Source: Vibrio vulnificus CMCP6 | GTDB lineage: Bacteria > Pseudomonadota > Gammaproteobacteria > Enterobacterales > Vibrionaceae | Length of the DNA: 32,000 nucleotides | Assembly: GCF_000039765.1 (NCBI RefSeq) | Contig: NC_004459.3 | Location: 2,661,127-2,693,126 of the forward strand | Reading direction: 5' to 3' | Part shown: positions 7,444 through 17,200 of the stretch, piece by piece | Layout: each line of letters begins with the position of its first letter | How positions within the stretch are numbered: position 1 is the stretch's first letter | Position numbers and translations under genes: made by a program | The notes under the pieces: generated by a model | Database searches by the model: none | The model's input: only the letters and a program-made list of their open reading frames with translations | Told to the model about the DNA's origin: nothing

Positions 7444-9363
7444 TTAACTGTCCTGTTGCATAGCTTCGAGCTCTTCCCATCTCTCGAAAGCAATTTCTAA
7501 TTCCTGCTCCAGTGCGGCAAGTTGCTCTAGCACTGGTTGCGTTGTCTCTACGGGTTGAGCAAAAAACTCTGCGGAGTTTACTTGCTCTTGAAGCGCGTCA
7601 ATATCCACTTCCAACTGTTCTAACTTGGCAGGTAGTGCTTCAAGTTCTCGTTGGAGCTTATATGATAACTTCTTAGAGGTATTCTTAGCTGGCGCAGTTT
7701 TGGGAGTTTCCTCAACGACTTTTGCTTTAGGCGCTGATTTTTCCATCACTTCACGAGCTTCGATCGCTTGTTTGCGCTGCTGTTGAGCATCATGATAACC
7801 ACCGACAAACTCTTCGATTTTCCCTTCACCTTCAAAGATCCAGCTTGTCGTGACGGTATTATCCACAAACTGTCGGTCGTGGCTGACCAGCAGCAGAGTA
7901 CCTTGATAATTGGCAAGCAATTCTTCTAAAAGTTCCAATGTTTCGATATCTAAATCGTTAGTTGGTTCGTCGAGAATCAATAAATTGTTCGGTTTTAGGA
8001 AGATACGAGCTAGAAGCAGACGGTTTTTTTCACCACCTGAAAGTGCTTTGACGGGTGTACGAGCACGCTTCGGTGAGAAAAGGAAATCCTGAAGATAGCT
8101 CAATGCATGGCGTTCTCGCCCACCCACAGTGACCTCTTGTTTACCATCCGCTAGGTTATCAATGACCGTCTTTTCAGGGTCCAAAATTTCTCGATATTGG
8201 TCAAAATACGCAACTTCCAGCTTAGTACCACAATGCAAACGGCCAGATTCCGGTTTTAGCTGATCCAGCAGTAACTTAAGGACTGTGCTCTTGCCACAGC
8301 CGTTAGGACCAATAAGCGCAATTCGATCGCCACGCATGATATTAAAACTGAAATCATCAACAATTTTCTTTCCATCGAATGAAAACTGCAGTTTTTCTGC
8401 TTCAAAGACGATCTTGCCAGAGCGTGCGGCGTCGTCGATTTGGATTTTGGCTTTGCCTTGTACATCAACTCGATTCTGGCGTTCCTCTCGCAGCTTTTTA
8501 AGTGCACGAACGCGACCTTCATTACGTGTGCGGCGTGCTTTGATACCTTGACGAATCCACACTTCTTCCTGAGCGAGCTTTTTATCAAACTCTGCGTTTT
8601 GCATCTCCTCAACACGAAGCATTTCTTCTTTCTCAACAAGGTAGTTGTCGTAATCACCAGGAAAAGAAGCGAGTTTACCGCGGTCAAGGTCAACGATACG
8701 CGTTGCCATCGCTTTGATGAAGGCTCGGTCGTGGGAAATAAAAATGATGGAGCCACGGAAATCTTTGAGGAACGTTTCTAGCCATTCAATGGTCGTAACA
8801 TCAAGGTGGTTAGTTGGTTCGTCTAACAGCAAGACATCTGGATCGCATACTAGCGCTTTCGCCAGCGCAGCTTTGCGTTGCCAACCACCCGACAGATCGG
8901 TGAGCTTCGTTTCAGCATCCAGCTTTAATGCCGCCAACACATGCTTAACTCGGTCTTCAAATCGCCACGCGTTGGCGTGATCAAGCTGTTCTTGCACTCT
9001 CGCTAAACGGTTAATGTTCTTTTCCGTTGGCTCTTGAGCAACAAGATCGAGAAGATCATGATAGATCTTTAATTGTTCGCCAATTTCAGCTAGCCCACTT
9101 GCGACATAATCGTAAACCGTTCCTGGTTCATTTCGTGGTGGATCTTGTTCTAAGCGCGAGACTACAACATCTTGAGTGATCTGTAGCTTACCATCATCAA
9201 GAATCACCTCGCCCGCTAGAACTTTCATTAAGGTCGATTTACCCGCCCCATTGCGTCCTACCAAACAAACTCGCTCATGCTCTTGAAGTACAAAATCAGC
9301 TTTATCAAGTAGAGGATTATCGCCAAAGGCGAGTTGACCATTATGAATGGTAAGTAATGCCAT
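7444..9363 (-). CDS. uup: ABC-F family ATPase Uup
   Basis: 639 aa with two ABC domains (GRNGAGKST, GPNGCGKST; LSGGWQRKAALAKAL and LSGGEKNRLLLARIF) and a C-terminal coiled coil. Confidence 0.93.
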   Translation of the reverse strand: MALLTIHNGQLAFGDNPLLDKADFVLQEHERVCLVGRNGAGKSTLMKVLAGEVILDDGKLQITQDVVVSRLEQDPPRNEPGTVYDYVASGLAEIGEQLKIYHDLLDLVAQEPTEKNINRLARVQEQLDHANAWRFEDRVKHVLAALKLDAETKLTDLSGGWQRKAALAKALVCDPDVLLLDEPTNHLDVTTIEWLETFLKDFRGSIIFISHDRAFIKAMATRIVDLDRGKLASFPGDYDNYLVEKEEMLRVEEMQNAEFDKKLAQEEVWIRQGIKARRTRNEGRVRALKKLREERQNRVDVQGKAKIQIDDAARSGKIVFEAEKLQFSFDGKKIVDDFSFNIMRGDRIALIGPNGCGKSTVLKLLLDQLKPESGRLHCGTKLEVAYFDQYREILDPEKTVIDNLADGKQEVTVGGRERHALSYLQDFLFSPKRARTPVKALSGGEKNRLLLARIFLKPNNLLILDEPTNDLDIETLELLEELLANYQGTLLLVSHDRQFVDNTVTTSWIFEGEGKIEEFVGGYHDAQQQRKQAIEAREVMEKSAPKAKVVEETPKTAPAKNTSKKLSYKLQRELEALPAKLEQLEVDIDALQEQVNSAEFFAQPVETTQPVLEQLAALEQELEIAFERWEELEAMQQDS

Positions 9364-9619
9364 TATCGTCCAACCATTGTTTTAATTTTTCTAGATCAAA
9401 GGGCCAGCCAAGCTCTGACCCTTGAGAATTTAAGACAGGAATCGTGACCCCGTAACGAGAAAATAACGCATCATCAAACGCGATATCAATCACTTGAACT
9501 TGTTCAGCAATGCCTGCTTTTTCCACCAACTCGTAGGCCATCTCACACAGATGGCATCCTTCGGTACTGTATAGGGTGATCACGTTCCTTGTTCCTATTT
9601 TTTGTGGGTGACGACCCAA
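9341..9619 (-). CDS. Glutaredoxin-family thiol-redox protein
   Basis: Thioredoxin-fold start [24 protein letters not shown] with a CxxC (CHLC) motif; cis-Pro segment RYGVTIPVL. Overlaps uup and rlmL. The true start may be the internal GTG (about 9586). Confidence 0.85.
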   Translation of the reverse strand: MGRHPQKIGTRNVITLYSTEGCHLCEMAYELVEKAGIAEQVQVIDIAFDDALFSRYGVTIPVLNSQGSELGWPFDLEKLKQWLDDNGITYHS

Positions 9620-11718
9620 CAGTTATGAATATGTTTGTTTCTTGAGAAATCGAGTGGCAGCGTCTGAGAAGAAATGTTCTTCGCGTCTAAACCCAACTCT
9701 TCCATTTCCTCCATATCCATTTTGAAATGACGCTTGTTATTAGAGAAAACAATCGTGCCGTTTTCTCTTAGCAAACGCTTTAAGTTTTTCATCAGTTTGA
9801 TATGGTCGCGCTGAACGTCAAACGAGTCTTCCATGCGCTTTGAGTTTGAAAACGTAGGCGGATCGATAAAGATTAAATCGTACTGCCCCTGCGCTTTCTC
9901 TAACCACTGTAAACAATCTGCCTGCTCAAACTTATGTTGACGTCCGACACAACCATTTGCAGACATGTTGTCTTTTGCCCACTCAAGGTAGGTGTTCGAC
10001 ATGTCAACCGTTGTTGTCGAGCTGGCACCACCAAGAGCAGCGTGTACCGTGGCACTCCCTGTATAAGCAAACAGGTTAAGGAAATCGGCTCCTTTTGCCA
10101 TTTCGCCCAAACGACGGCGCGTGATCTTATGATCCAGGAACAACCCCGTATCCAGATAATCGTACAAATTGACGATCAGCTTTGCACCATACTCGTTGAC
10201 TTCCATTCGCTCAGAAACTTGACCCAATTTTTGATATTGGTTACGGCCTTTTTGTTTCTCACGAACCTTCAGCACAACTTTGTTGGCTTCTACGCCAGTT
10301 ACCTGAATCGCAGCACGAATGATATCCGTCAGGCGACGCTTTGCCTTCTCTTCTGGAATGTTTTTCGGCGCGGCGTATTCTTGAATCACCAAGTGATCTT
10401 GATAGACGTCTATCGCCACGTTGTATTCTGGCAGGTCGGCATCATAGATGCGGTAACAATCGAGCTGTTCTTTTTGAGCCCATTTGCCAATCTTACCGAT
10501 ATTTTTCTTTAGGCGATTAGCAAAGTCTGGTGCGATAGAAAGCGGGCCATCCGCACCTTCAATCTGCTCTGCACTTCTTTGTGCGATCGTATAGTTTTTT
10601 TGGTGACAAGGTAACGCACCGTTATTCAATTTAAACTGTTTTTCCGCACGCATGCGAAGACAGCTCAACAGCTCATCTGAACTGGAGAAAATAGATGCCG
10701 TACACCCACCAAACTGGGCTTTTAACTGGCCACCAAACGCTGTGTATAGTGCAATCAATCCTGGCTCTGTGCCAAGTCGCTCACCATAAGGTGGGTTACA
10801 AACAATTACACCATTCTCAAATTCTTGAGGACGTGACACTGTAGCGGCGTCACCTAACTTAAACTCGATAAGATCCGCAACCCCTGCTCTGCGAGCGTTA
10901 TCTTGGGCAATTTTCAGCACTTTTTCATCATTATCAAAGCCATAGAATCTTGCGCCAACTTTTTTGACACCTCTTCGAGCAATGACATTTGCTTCTGATT
11001 TTATTTCTGCCCACACTTCTGGCTCGAAATCTTCAAGTGATTCAAAGACCCACTTTTCGCGTTTTACGCCAGGCGCCATGTTTGCTGCCATCATGGCCGC
11101 CTCTATCAACAACGTACCTGAACCACACATTGGATCCAAAAGCGGTTGTTCCTCTGTCCAGCCTGAGCGAAGGATGATGGCAGCAGCCAAGGTTTCACGG
11201 AGTGGTGCTTTACCAGATGCAGGACGATAGCCACGTTGGTGCAAGCCATTCCCGACCATATCAACACCAAGAATCGCTTTGTCTTTGTGGAGACGAACAT
11301 GGATACGTACATCCGGACGCTCTTTACTGATATTTGGACGTGGTAGGTTTTTCTTTTCGAAACAATCTACGATGCCATCTTTCACTTTCATCGCACCGTA
11401 CTGGCTGTTACGAATCTCACGGTTCGTGCCGTTGAAATCAACCACAAACTTCTTAGTGCTGTGGAATTGATTTACCCAATTGATAGAGGACGTTGCCAAA
11501 TACAAGTCCATATCACTTTGACAGGTAAACTCGGACAACACGCGAACAAAACGCGATGCCAACCTACTCCATAGACAGCAACGATAAACCTGTTCATTAG
11601 AGGCTTTAAATCTTACTCCAGCCTGTACTGGCTTAGCGTCTGCAATTCCAAGTTTTGTTAGTTCTTCAGCAAGAAGGTTCTCAAGACCATTTGAGGTAAC
11701 CGCAAGATATTGGTTCAT
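9595..11718 (-). CDS. rlmL: Bifunctional 23S rRNA methyltransferase RlmL/RlmK (G2445/G2069)
   Basis: 707 aa with N-terminal THUMP-like region, the methyltransferase motifs [14 protein letters not shown] and NPPYGERLG, and the C-terminal RlmK domain ([16 protein letters not shown]; [13 protein letters not shown]). Confidence 0.95.
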   Translation of the reverse strand: MNQYLAVTSNGLENLLAEELTKLGIADAKPVQAGVRFKASNEQVYRCCLWSRLASRFVRVLSEFTCQSDMDLYLATSSINWVNQFHSTKKFVVDFNGTNREIRNSQYGAMKVKDGIVDCFEKKNLPRPNISKERPDVRIHVRLHKDKAILGVDMVGNGLHQRGYRPASGKAPLRETLAAAIILRSGWTEEQPLLDPMCGSGTLLIEAAMMAANMAPGVKREKWVFESLEDFEPEVWAEIKSEANVIARRGVKKVGARFYGFDNDEKVLKIAQDNARRAGVADLIEFKLGDAATVSRPQEFENGVIVCNPPYGERLGTEPGLIALYTAFGGQLKAQFGGCTASIFSSSDELLSCLRMRAEKQFKLNNGALPCHQKNYTIAQRSAEQIEGADGPLSIAPDFANRLKKNIGKIGKWAQKEQLDCYRIYDADLPEYNVAIDVYQDHLVIQEYAAPKNIPEEKAKRRLTDIIRAAIQVTGVEANKVVLKVREKQKGRNQYQKLGQVSERMEVNEYGAKLIVNLYDYLDTGLFLDHKITRRRLGEMAKGADFLNLFAYTGSATVHAALGGASSTTTVDMSNTYLEWAKDNMSANGCVGRQHKFEQADCLQWLEKAQGQYDLIFIDPPTFSNSKRMEDSFDVQRDHIKLMKNLKRLLRENGTIVFSNNKRHFKMDMEEMEELGLDAKNISSQTLPLDFSRNKHIHNCWVVTHKK

Positions 11719-11918
11719 AGTGTTCTTTAGCTATTAAAAATGGCGTTGATTATACCTGACAAATCTACTCCATGCCTCGCATTTCAAGGACTTTTCTCAT
11801 CTCCCTATGAGCCAGTGTGTTAATTGGTCGTTTTATCGTCGTGAATTAATAACACCAATTCAGCGGTGACGAACGAAACGTACGCAATCTTAAACGAAAA
11901 TTCGGTTCAAATTACGAT

Positions 11919-11936
11919 AGTGAATACTTATTCACA
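11919..11936. promoter_or_regulatory. Candidate ArgR box
   Basis: AGTGAATACTTATTCACA contains the perfect 7-bp inverted repeat GTGAATA/TATTCAC and fits the ArgR consensus WNTNAATWWWWATTNANW except for one C in the central W4. Confidence 0.4.
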
Positions 11937-12040
11937 TATAAATTGGACTATACCAAATGAAATTTATGTTGGTAATTTAATTACAAAACCACTTAAAAGA
12001 GGGAATTTTTTACTCTATCGATGACATTTCGCCGGCAAAA

Positions 12041-12081
12041 GTGGACATTTTACGTGCTAAAAATGTGTAAAAAATGTCTAC
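12041..12081. repeat. Imperfect inverted repeat in the rlmL-zapC intergenic region
   Basis: Arms GTGGACATTTTA and TAAAAAATGTCTAC pair, allowing one G-T wobble and a small bulge. Confidence 0.45.
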
Positions 12082-12153
12082 CTGATTGCACTACAAGCTC
12101 TCATAGTCGCAGTATTTAGACGAATTAACACAATGAACAGAGGTAGGAGAAGG

Positions 12154-12179
12154 CAAAAAAAATCGGCCAAAAGGCCGAT
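12154..12179 (-). terminator. Rho-independent terminator of zapC
   Basis: ATCGGCC-AAAA-GGCCGAT perfect 7-bp stem. On the minus strand it is followed by TTTTTTT. Confidence 0.92.
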
Positions 12180-12211
12180 GAAAAATTTATAGGAACGAAA
12201 ATTAGGAAAGG

Positions 12212-12754
12212 TTATCCGACTAACGCCATAGGCATTAGCGTATTCATTCTTGCAGCAGTAGACATGCGATCGTGCATGACTTTGATGGCTTCACCATAAC
12301 TTAAGCTCTTTGAACCGCTTAGCATAAAGCCTTCAAGCTCTACACAGCTGACTAAGCTTGCATTGTCCCCTGCTTCCAATACGATAAACAGCCCTTGATT
12401 CAAGCCATTTTGCAGCTGTACAAGCTCCCCTTCACTGGGTTGGTAATCCGAACCTGTAGAATGGAAAAACCAACTCTTGGGTTGGACTGGCTTATGAAAG
12501 CGCTTAGCAGCAACGCAGTAGAGCGTTAGCTCATCTCTGCGATATTCACTCAAATCAAGCGACGACAGACATTCTTTGAAAGTCTGAAAGGCACTCGCGT
12601 CATCAACTGTGAAGTCGTTATAGGAGAAAGCGCAGTCCACCAGCAATTTATCACTAAGATTGGTTTGAAATAGATATCTATCGCCTAAGTCAAGCATTAG
12701 ACGGCCTGACGGCTTATCAAAATACCAGCTCCATTTATCACTTGGTTTAAGCAT
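12212..12754 (-). CDS. zapC: Cell division protein ZapC
   Basis: 180 aa (MLKPSDKWSWYFDKPSGRLMLDLGDRYLFQTNL...) resembles ZapC and sits next to pyrD as in related genomes. Confidence 0.92.
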   Translation of the reverse strand: MLKPSDKWSWYFDKPSGRLMLDLGDRYLFQTNLSDKLLVDCAFSYNDFTVDDASAFQTFKECLSSLDLSEYRRDELTLYCVAAKRFHKPVQPKSWFFHSTGSDYQPSEGELVQLQNGLNQGLFIVLEAGDNASLVSCVELEGFMLSGSKSLSYGEAIKVMHDRMSTAARMNTLMPMALVG

Positions 12755-12835
12755 CGTTCTATTCTCACACTGACTGATTCACAGAGGTAAACGCTTAATT
12801 ACCCTCCAACTGTTTTGATTCTACAAACGAATGAA

Positions 12836-12869
12836 TAAAAAAAAAGAGGAAACCAAGTCCTCTTTTTTC
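12836..12869 (-). terminator. Terminator of pyrD
   Basis: AGAGGA/TCCTCT stem flanked by an A tract and a T tract; T-rich on the minus strand just downstream of pyrD. Confidence 0.75.
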
Positions 12870-12909
12870 TGTTAGAAAAGCTGCTATGTCAGTATGTTAG
12901 CGAATCATT

Positions 12910-13920
12910 CTATAGATTTTTAACAATATCGCGTACTAAGCCAGGGCCGTGATAGATGAAGCCAGAGTAAACTTGTACAAGATCCGCCCCTGCCAACATT
13001 TTTTCTTTTGCAGCAACATAAGAATCAACACCACCGACGCCAATAATTGGTATGTTACCTTGTAACTCTTTACGAAGTAATCGCACGACCTCAGTAGAAC
13101 GAGACTGCAGTGGACGACCACTAAGGCCCCCAGCCTCTTGCGCATGTTTCATGCCTTCAACCATCGTACGATCAAGCGTGGTATTGGTTGCGATCACACC
13201 ATCGATCTTGTTGTTGATCAACGATTGGCAAATCTGGCTAATCTCATCGTCGGTAAGATCCGGTGCGATCTTTAATGCCAGAGGTACATATTTTCCATGC
13301 TTCTCTTCAAGCTCAGCTTGCTTACGTTTTAACTCAACCAGTAATTCATCAAGCGCTTCGCCATATTGAAGTGTTCTTAGCCCAGGCGTGTTTGGAGAAG
13401 AAATATTCACGGCAATATATCCCGCATACTCATATACCTTTTCCATACAGATGAGATAATCTTCCGCGCCCTTCTCGATTGGTGTGTCTTTGTTTTTACC
13501 AATATTGATGCCTAATACACAGCTGTATTTGGCCTTCTTGACGTTTTCAATGAGATTGTCAACACCTAGGTTATTGAAACCCATACGGTTAATGATCCCT
13601 TCCGCCCCTACTAAGCGGAACAAACGTGGTTTATCATTTCCTGATTGTGCTCTAGGTGTAACGGTACCAACTTCAACAAAGCCGAATCCCATTGCGTCAA
13701 ATGCTTCTATACACTCACCATTTTTATCCAGACCAGCCGCAAGACCAACTGGGTTTCGGAAAGTGAGTCCCATGCATTCTACTGGTCGATTTGGGAGTTG
13801 TTGACGATAGAAAAGATCAATTGGTGTGCCGGTAAAGCGTTTGAAGTTTTGGATAGCGAGATCGTGTGCCTTTTCTGCATCCAATTGAAAAAAGCCAGCT
13901 CTGGCAAGACGGTAAAGCAT
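12910..13920 (-). CDS. pyrD: Dihydroorotate dehydrogenase (quinone)
   Basis: 336 aa with class 2 DHODH motifs [39 protein letters not shown] and [27 protein letters not shown]. Confidence 0.97.
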   Translation of the reverse strand: MLYRLARAGFFQLDAEKAHDLAIQNFKRFTGTPIDLFYRQQLPNRPVECMGLTFRNPVGLAAGLDKNGECIEAFDAMGFGFVEVGTVTPRAQSGNDKPRLFRLVGAEGIINRMGFNNLGVDNLIENVKKAKYSCVLGINIGKNKDTPIEKGAEDYLICMEKVYEYAGYIAVNISSPNTPGLRTLQYGEALDELLVELKRKQAELEEKHGKYVPLALKIAPDLTDDEISQICQSLINNKIDGVIATNTTLDRTMVEGMKHAQEAGGLSGRPLQSRSTEVVRLLRKELQGNIPIIGVGGVDSYVAAKEKMLAGADLVQVYSGFIYHGPGLVRDIVKNL

Positions 13921-13934
13921 TGTGCCTCCGAAAG

Positions 13935-13956
13935 AAAAAAGCCCCGTGTAAACGGG
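13935..13956 (-). promoter_or_regulatory. Terminator-like hairpin in the pyrD leader (possible attenuator)
   Basis: On the minus strand CCCGT-TTAC-ACGGG-GCTTTTTTC is followed by the GGAGG RBS and the pyrD ATG. Confidence 0.4.
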
Positions 13957-14172
13957 TTGGTATTATTTACTTAAAAGAACAACTTTTCAAACAAAAACGT
14001 CAAAGATATTGCATTCCAAATGCATTAGTAGAATTAAATTGATTTAAAACATAGGGTTAAAGTTTTTATTTGTTGAAAGTTAGCGAAAGGCACGAGTGAT
14101 TGTAACGATTGCCAACACTCAAAAAGTGACAACGCAACTTATTGTTGATTGTTTTTTGCACTCCGATATAAG

Positions 14173-14198
14173 AAAAGCCCCATTCAAGGGGCTTTTTT
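14173..14198. terminator. Bidirectional terminator between gdhB and pyrD
   Basis: AAAAGCCCC-ATTCAA-GGGGCTTTT perfect 9-bp stem. T run on the plus strand; TTTTC on the minus strand. Confidence 0.85.
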
Positions 14199-14217
14199 AT
14201 GTCAGAGACTCAAAACT

Positions 14218-17200
14218 TTAACTATTTGAGCTGCAATTTAAGTTGAGAAGAACCAGTTCTCTCAACGCGACCGAGAACTTGGCAAACTCATGCACACTAC
14301 CCACTTTGAACTCGTTGAGGATGCTTTCCCAACGATGTAGTGAGGTTTCATTGCGCTCCATCCATGTTTCCAGCGCTTCCATAACATCTCCCTTGCTCTC
14401 TGCCTGCATGCAGTTGAGCACTTGAGCAGTCAGCAAGCGTTGTTGCCAATCGAGATCTTCGCGGAAAGCTGCGCGAGCCAAGGCTTGCCAGTTGTTATCG
14501 ACTGCCTGACCATTAATTTGCTTCAAGAACCAATGTAGTGATAAACGATCGCCTAAGTTGAAGTACAACTTCGCTGCTTCCTCAACCGTTTTATTGGTTT
14601 CACGAGCAACGGAAGAAATGTCTAACGCTGATTGGAGACTGGTTAGACGAGAAACGCGGCTTGCTAGCTTCGCTTCTACCCCACGACAAATCCAGCTTTC
14701 TGCCAACTCATCATGCTCTTCCACTTCAGAGACAACCAGCATGTTGTCAAGAGAATGCGTGATCACATCAACGTCAGCTTGGTACTTAGCAATCAGCTCG
14801 CTCACCGTGTTCTTACCACTGCGATTTCGCAGTAGCCAGCGTGCAACACGACGAAGCATTCGACGCACATGGAACATGATTTCGTATTGAGCATCTGCGC
14901 TAGCGATATTGTCCAGTTCACGTGTTTGAGCCAAAATCTCACCCAAGCCGTAAATCTCGCGTGAAGCACTGTACGCATTGGCGATATCCACCACCGATGC
15001 GCCAGTCTCTTGTTGGAGACGAGTGACGAAGTTACACCCCATTTCGTTAACCATTTGGTTCGCAAGTGATGTAGCAATGATTTCCGCACGCAGTGGATGT
15101 GAAGACATCTGATTCGCGAATTTGTTTCTCAATTCACTTGGGAAGTATTGGATCAATTGCTGCCCATGGAACTCATCATTCGCAATCTCGTCATTGGCCA
15201 GTTGCTCTTTAAGTACCATCTTGCCATAAGCAACCAACACTGCCAGTTCAGGACGAGTTAGGCCTTGGCCCAGCTTCTCACGCTCTAGTAACGTTTCGTC
15301 ATCAGGGATGTTTTCTAGAACGCGATCCAGATAGCCTGCTTTTTCCATAGTATGAATAAAGCGAATTTGCTCTTTAACGACACTAACACCTTGCTGCTCG
15401 GTCACAGAGATGGATTCAGATTGGCGGTAAGCATCATCTAGAACGATATCTCCGACTTCATCTTGCATCGATTCCAAGATCTTATTGCGCTGTTTCACGG
15501 TCATGTCGCCATTGGAGACCAAACCATTCAAGAAGATCTTAATGTTGACTTCGTTATCCGAGCAATCCACACCGCCCACGTTATCAACAAAGTCGGTATT
15601 AACACGTCCGCCTTTTAGAGCGTACTCGATACGACCTTTTTGCGTCATACCTAAGTTACCGCCCTCACCAACTACTTTGGCGTTGAGATCACGACCGTCG
15701 ATACGTAACACATCGTTCGCTCGATCGCCTACATCGGTATGTGTCTCACTCGATGCTTTCACATACGTACCAATACCACCATTCCAAAGCAGATCTACGT
15801 CCATTTTCAAGATCATTTTGATCAATTCGTTTGGCGCCAAAGAAGTTTTCTTTGTACCCAACATTTTTTGGATCTCTGGTGTTAAGGTAATCGACTTCGC
15901 CTTACGTGAGAAGACGCCGCCGCCTTTTGAAATCAGCTTAGGATTATAATCTTCCCAGCTCGAGCGAGGAAGCTGGAACAAACGATCACGCTCTTCCCAA
16001 CTAGAAGCCGAATCCGGGTTTGGATCAATAAAGATATGAAGATGGTTAAAGGCCGCTTGTAGACGAATGTGCTTTGACAACAGCATACCGTTACCAAATA
16101 CGTCACCTGCCATATCACCAACACCAATCGCCGTGAAGTCTGTTGTTTGACAGTCAATACCCATTTCACGGAAATGACGCTTCACGGACTCCCAACCACC
16201 TTTTGCAGTGATACCCATTGCTTTGTGGTCATAGCCGTTAGAACCACCAGACGCAAATGCATCACCTAACCAGAAGTTGTATTCAGCAGACACAGAGTTC
16301 GCTAAATCGGAGAAGGTTGCGGTGCCTTTATCCGCTGCAACGACCAAATACGGGTCATCCTCATCATGTCTTACAACGCTCTTCGGTGGAATCACTTCCC
16401 CTTCAATGATGTTGTCAGAGACATCTAATAGCGCACGAATGAAACGTTTATAACAACGCTGGCCTTCTGCAAAAATCTCATCACGGTTGGTCATGGTATG
16501 TTGACGTTTACAAACAAAGCCACCTTTAGCTCCAACAGGCACGATAACGGTATTTTTAACCTGTTGCGCTTTCACCAAGCCAAGCACTTCTGTACGGAAG
16601 TCTTCTTGGCGATCTGACCAACGCAAACCACCACGAGCCACTTTTCCGCCACGCAAATGAACACCTTCAATGTCGGGAGCATAGACGAAGATTTCAAAGG
16701 CTGGCACGGGTTGAGGAATCTCTGGAATATCACGAGGTTTTAGCTTCAATGATAACCAAGGTTTCGGTTGTTTTTGATCATCAAGTTGGAAATAGTTTGT
16801 CCGCACGGTTGCAACGATCATTTCCATGTAACGACGAATGATACGATCGTCATCCAAGCTATCCACCGACTCTAGCTGTTCGGTGATCTTGTTGATCAGC
16901 TCATGTTGACCTTTTTCGCTTCCTTTGTGTTTAGGATCAAAACGTTTGACAAAGAGATCAACCAACCCTTTGGCCAACTCTGGATAGTGACTCAGGGTGT
17001 CTTCGATGTATTGTTGACTGAATGGGAAACCCACTTGGCGCATATAACGAGCATAGGCACGTAAAATTGAAATTTCTCGGCCAGTCAGCGAAGCCCCCAA
17101 TAGCAGACGGTTGAAACCGTCACTTTCTAATTCCCCTTCCCAAATCGCAGCAAACGCTTGTTGGAAACGATCTCTCGCTTCACTTAAGTCCACTACCTTG

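Noticed and set aside
8256-9019. Overlapping ORFs inside uup (8256-8756 minus, 8285-8551, 8440-8781 and 8714-8980 plus)
   Set aside because: They overlap the well-supported uup ABC-F coding sequence in other frames. The proteins look like frame-shadow compositions.
9443-9455. GTGACCCCGTAAC and similar two-mismatch matS-like strings (another near 10600)
   Set aside because: Two mismatches to the consensus is too weak. Such strings occur by chance in this much sequence.
12021-12119. 32-codon plus-strand ORF (MTFRRQKWTFYVLKMCKKC...) in the rlmL-zapC gap
   Set aside because: It lacks a convincing ribosome binding site and overlaps the inverted repeat. There is no support beyond an open frame.
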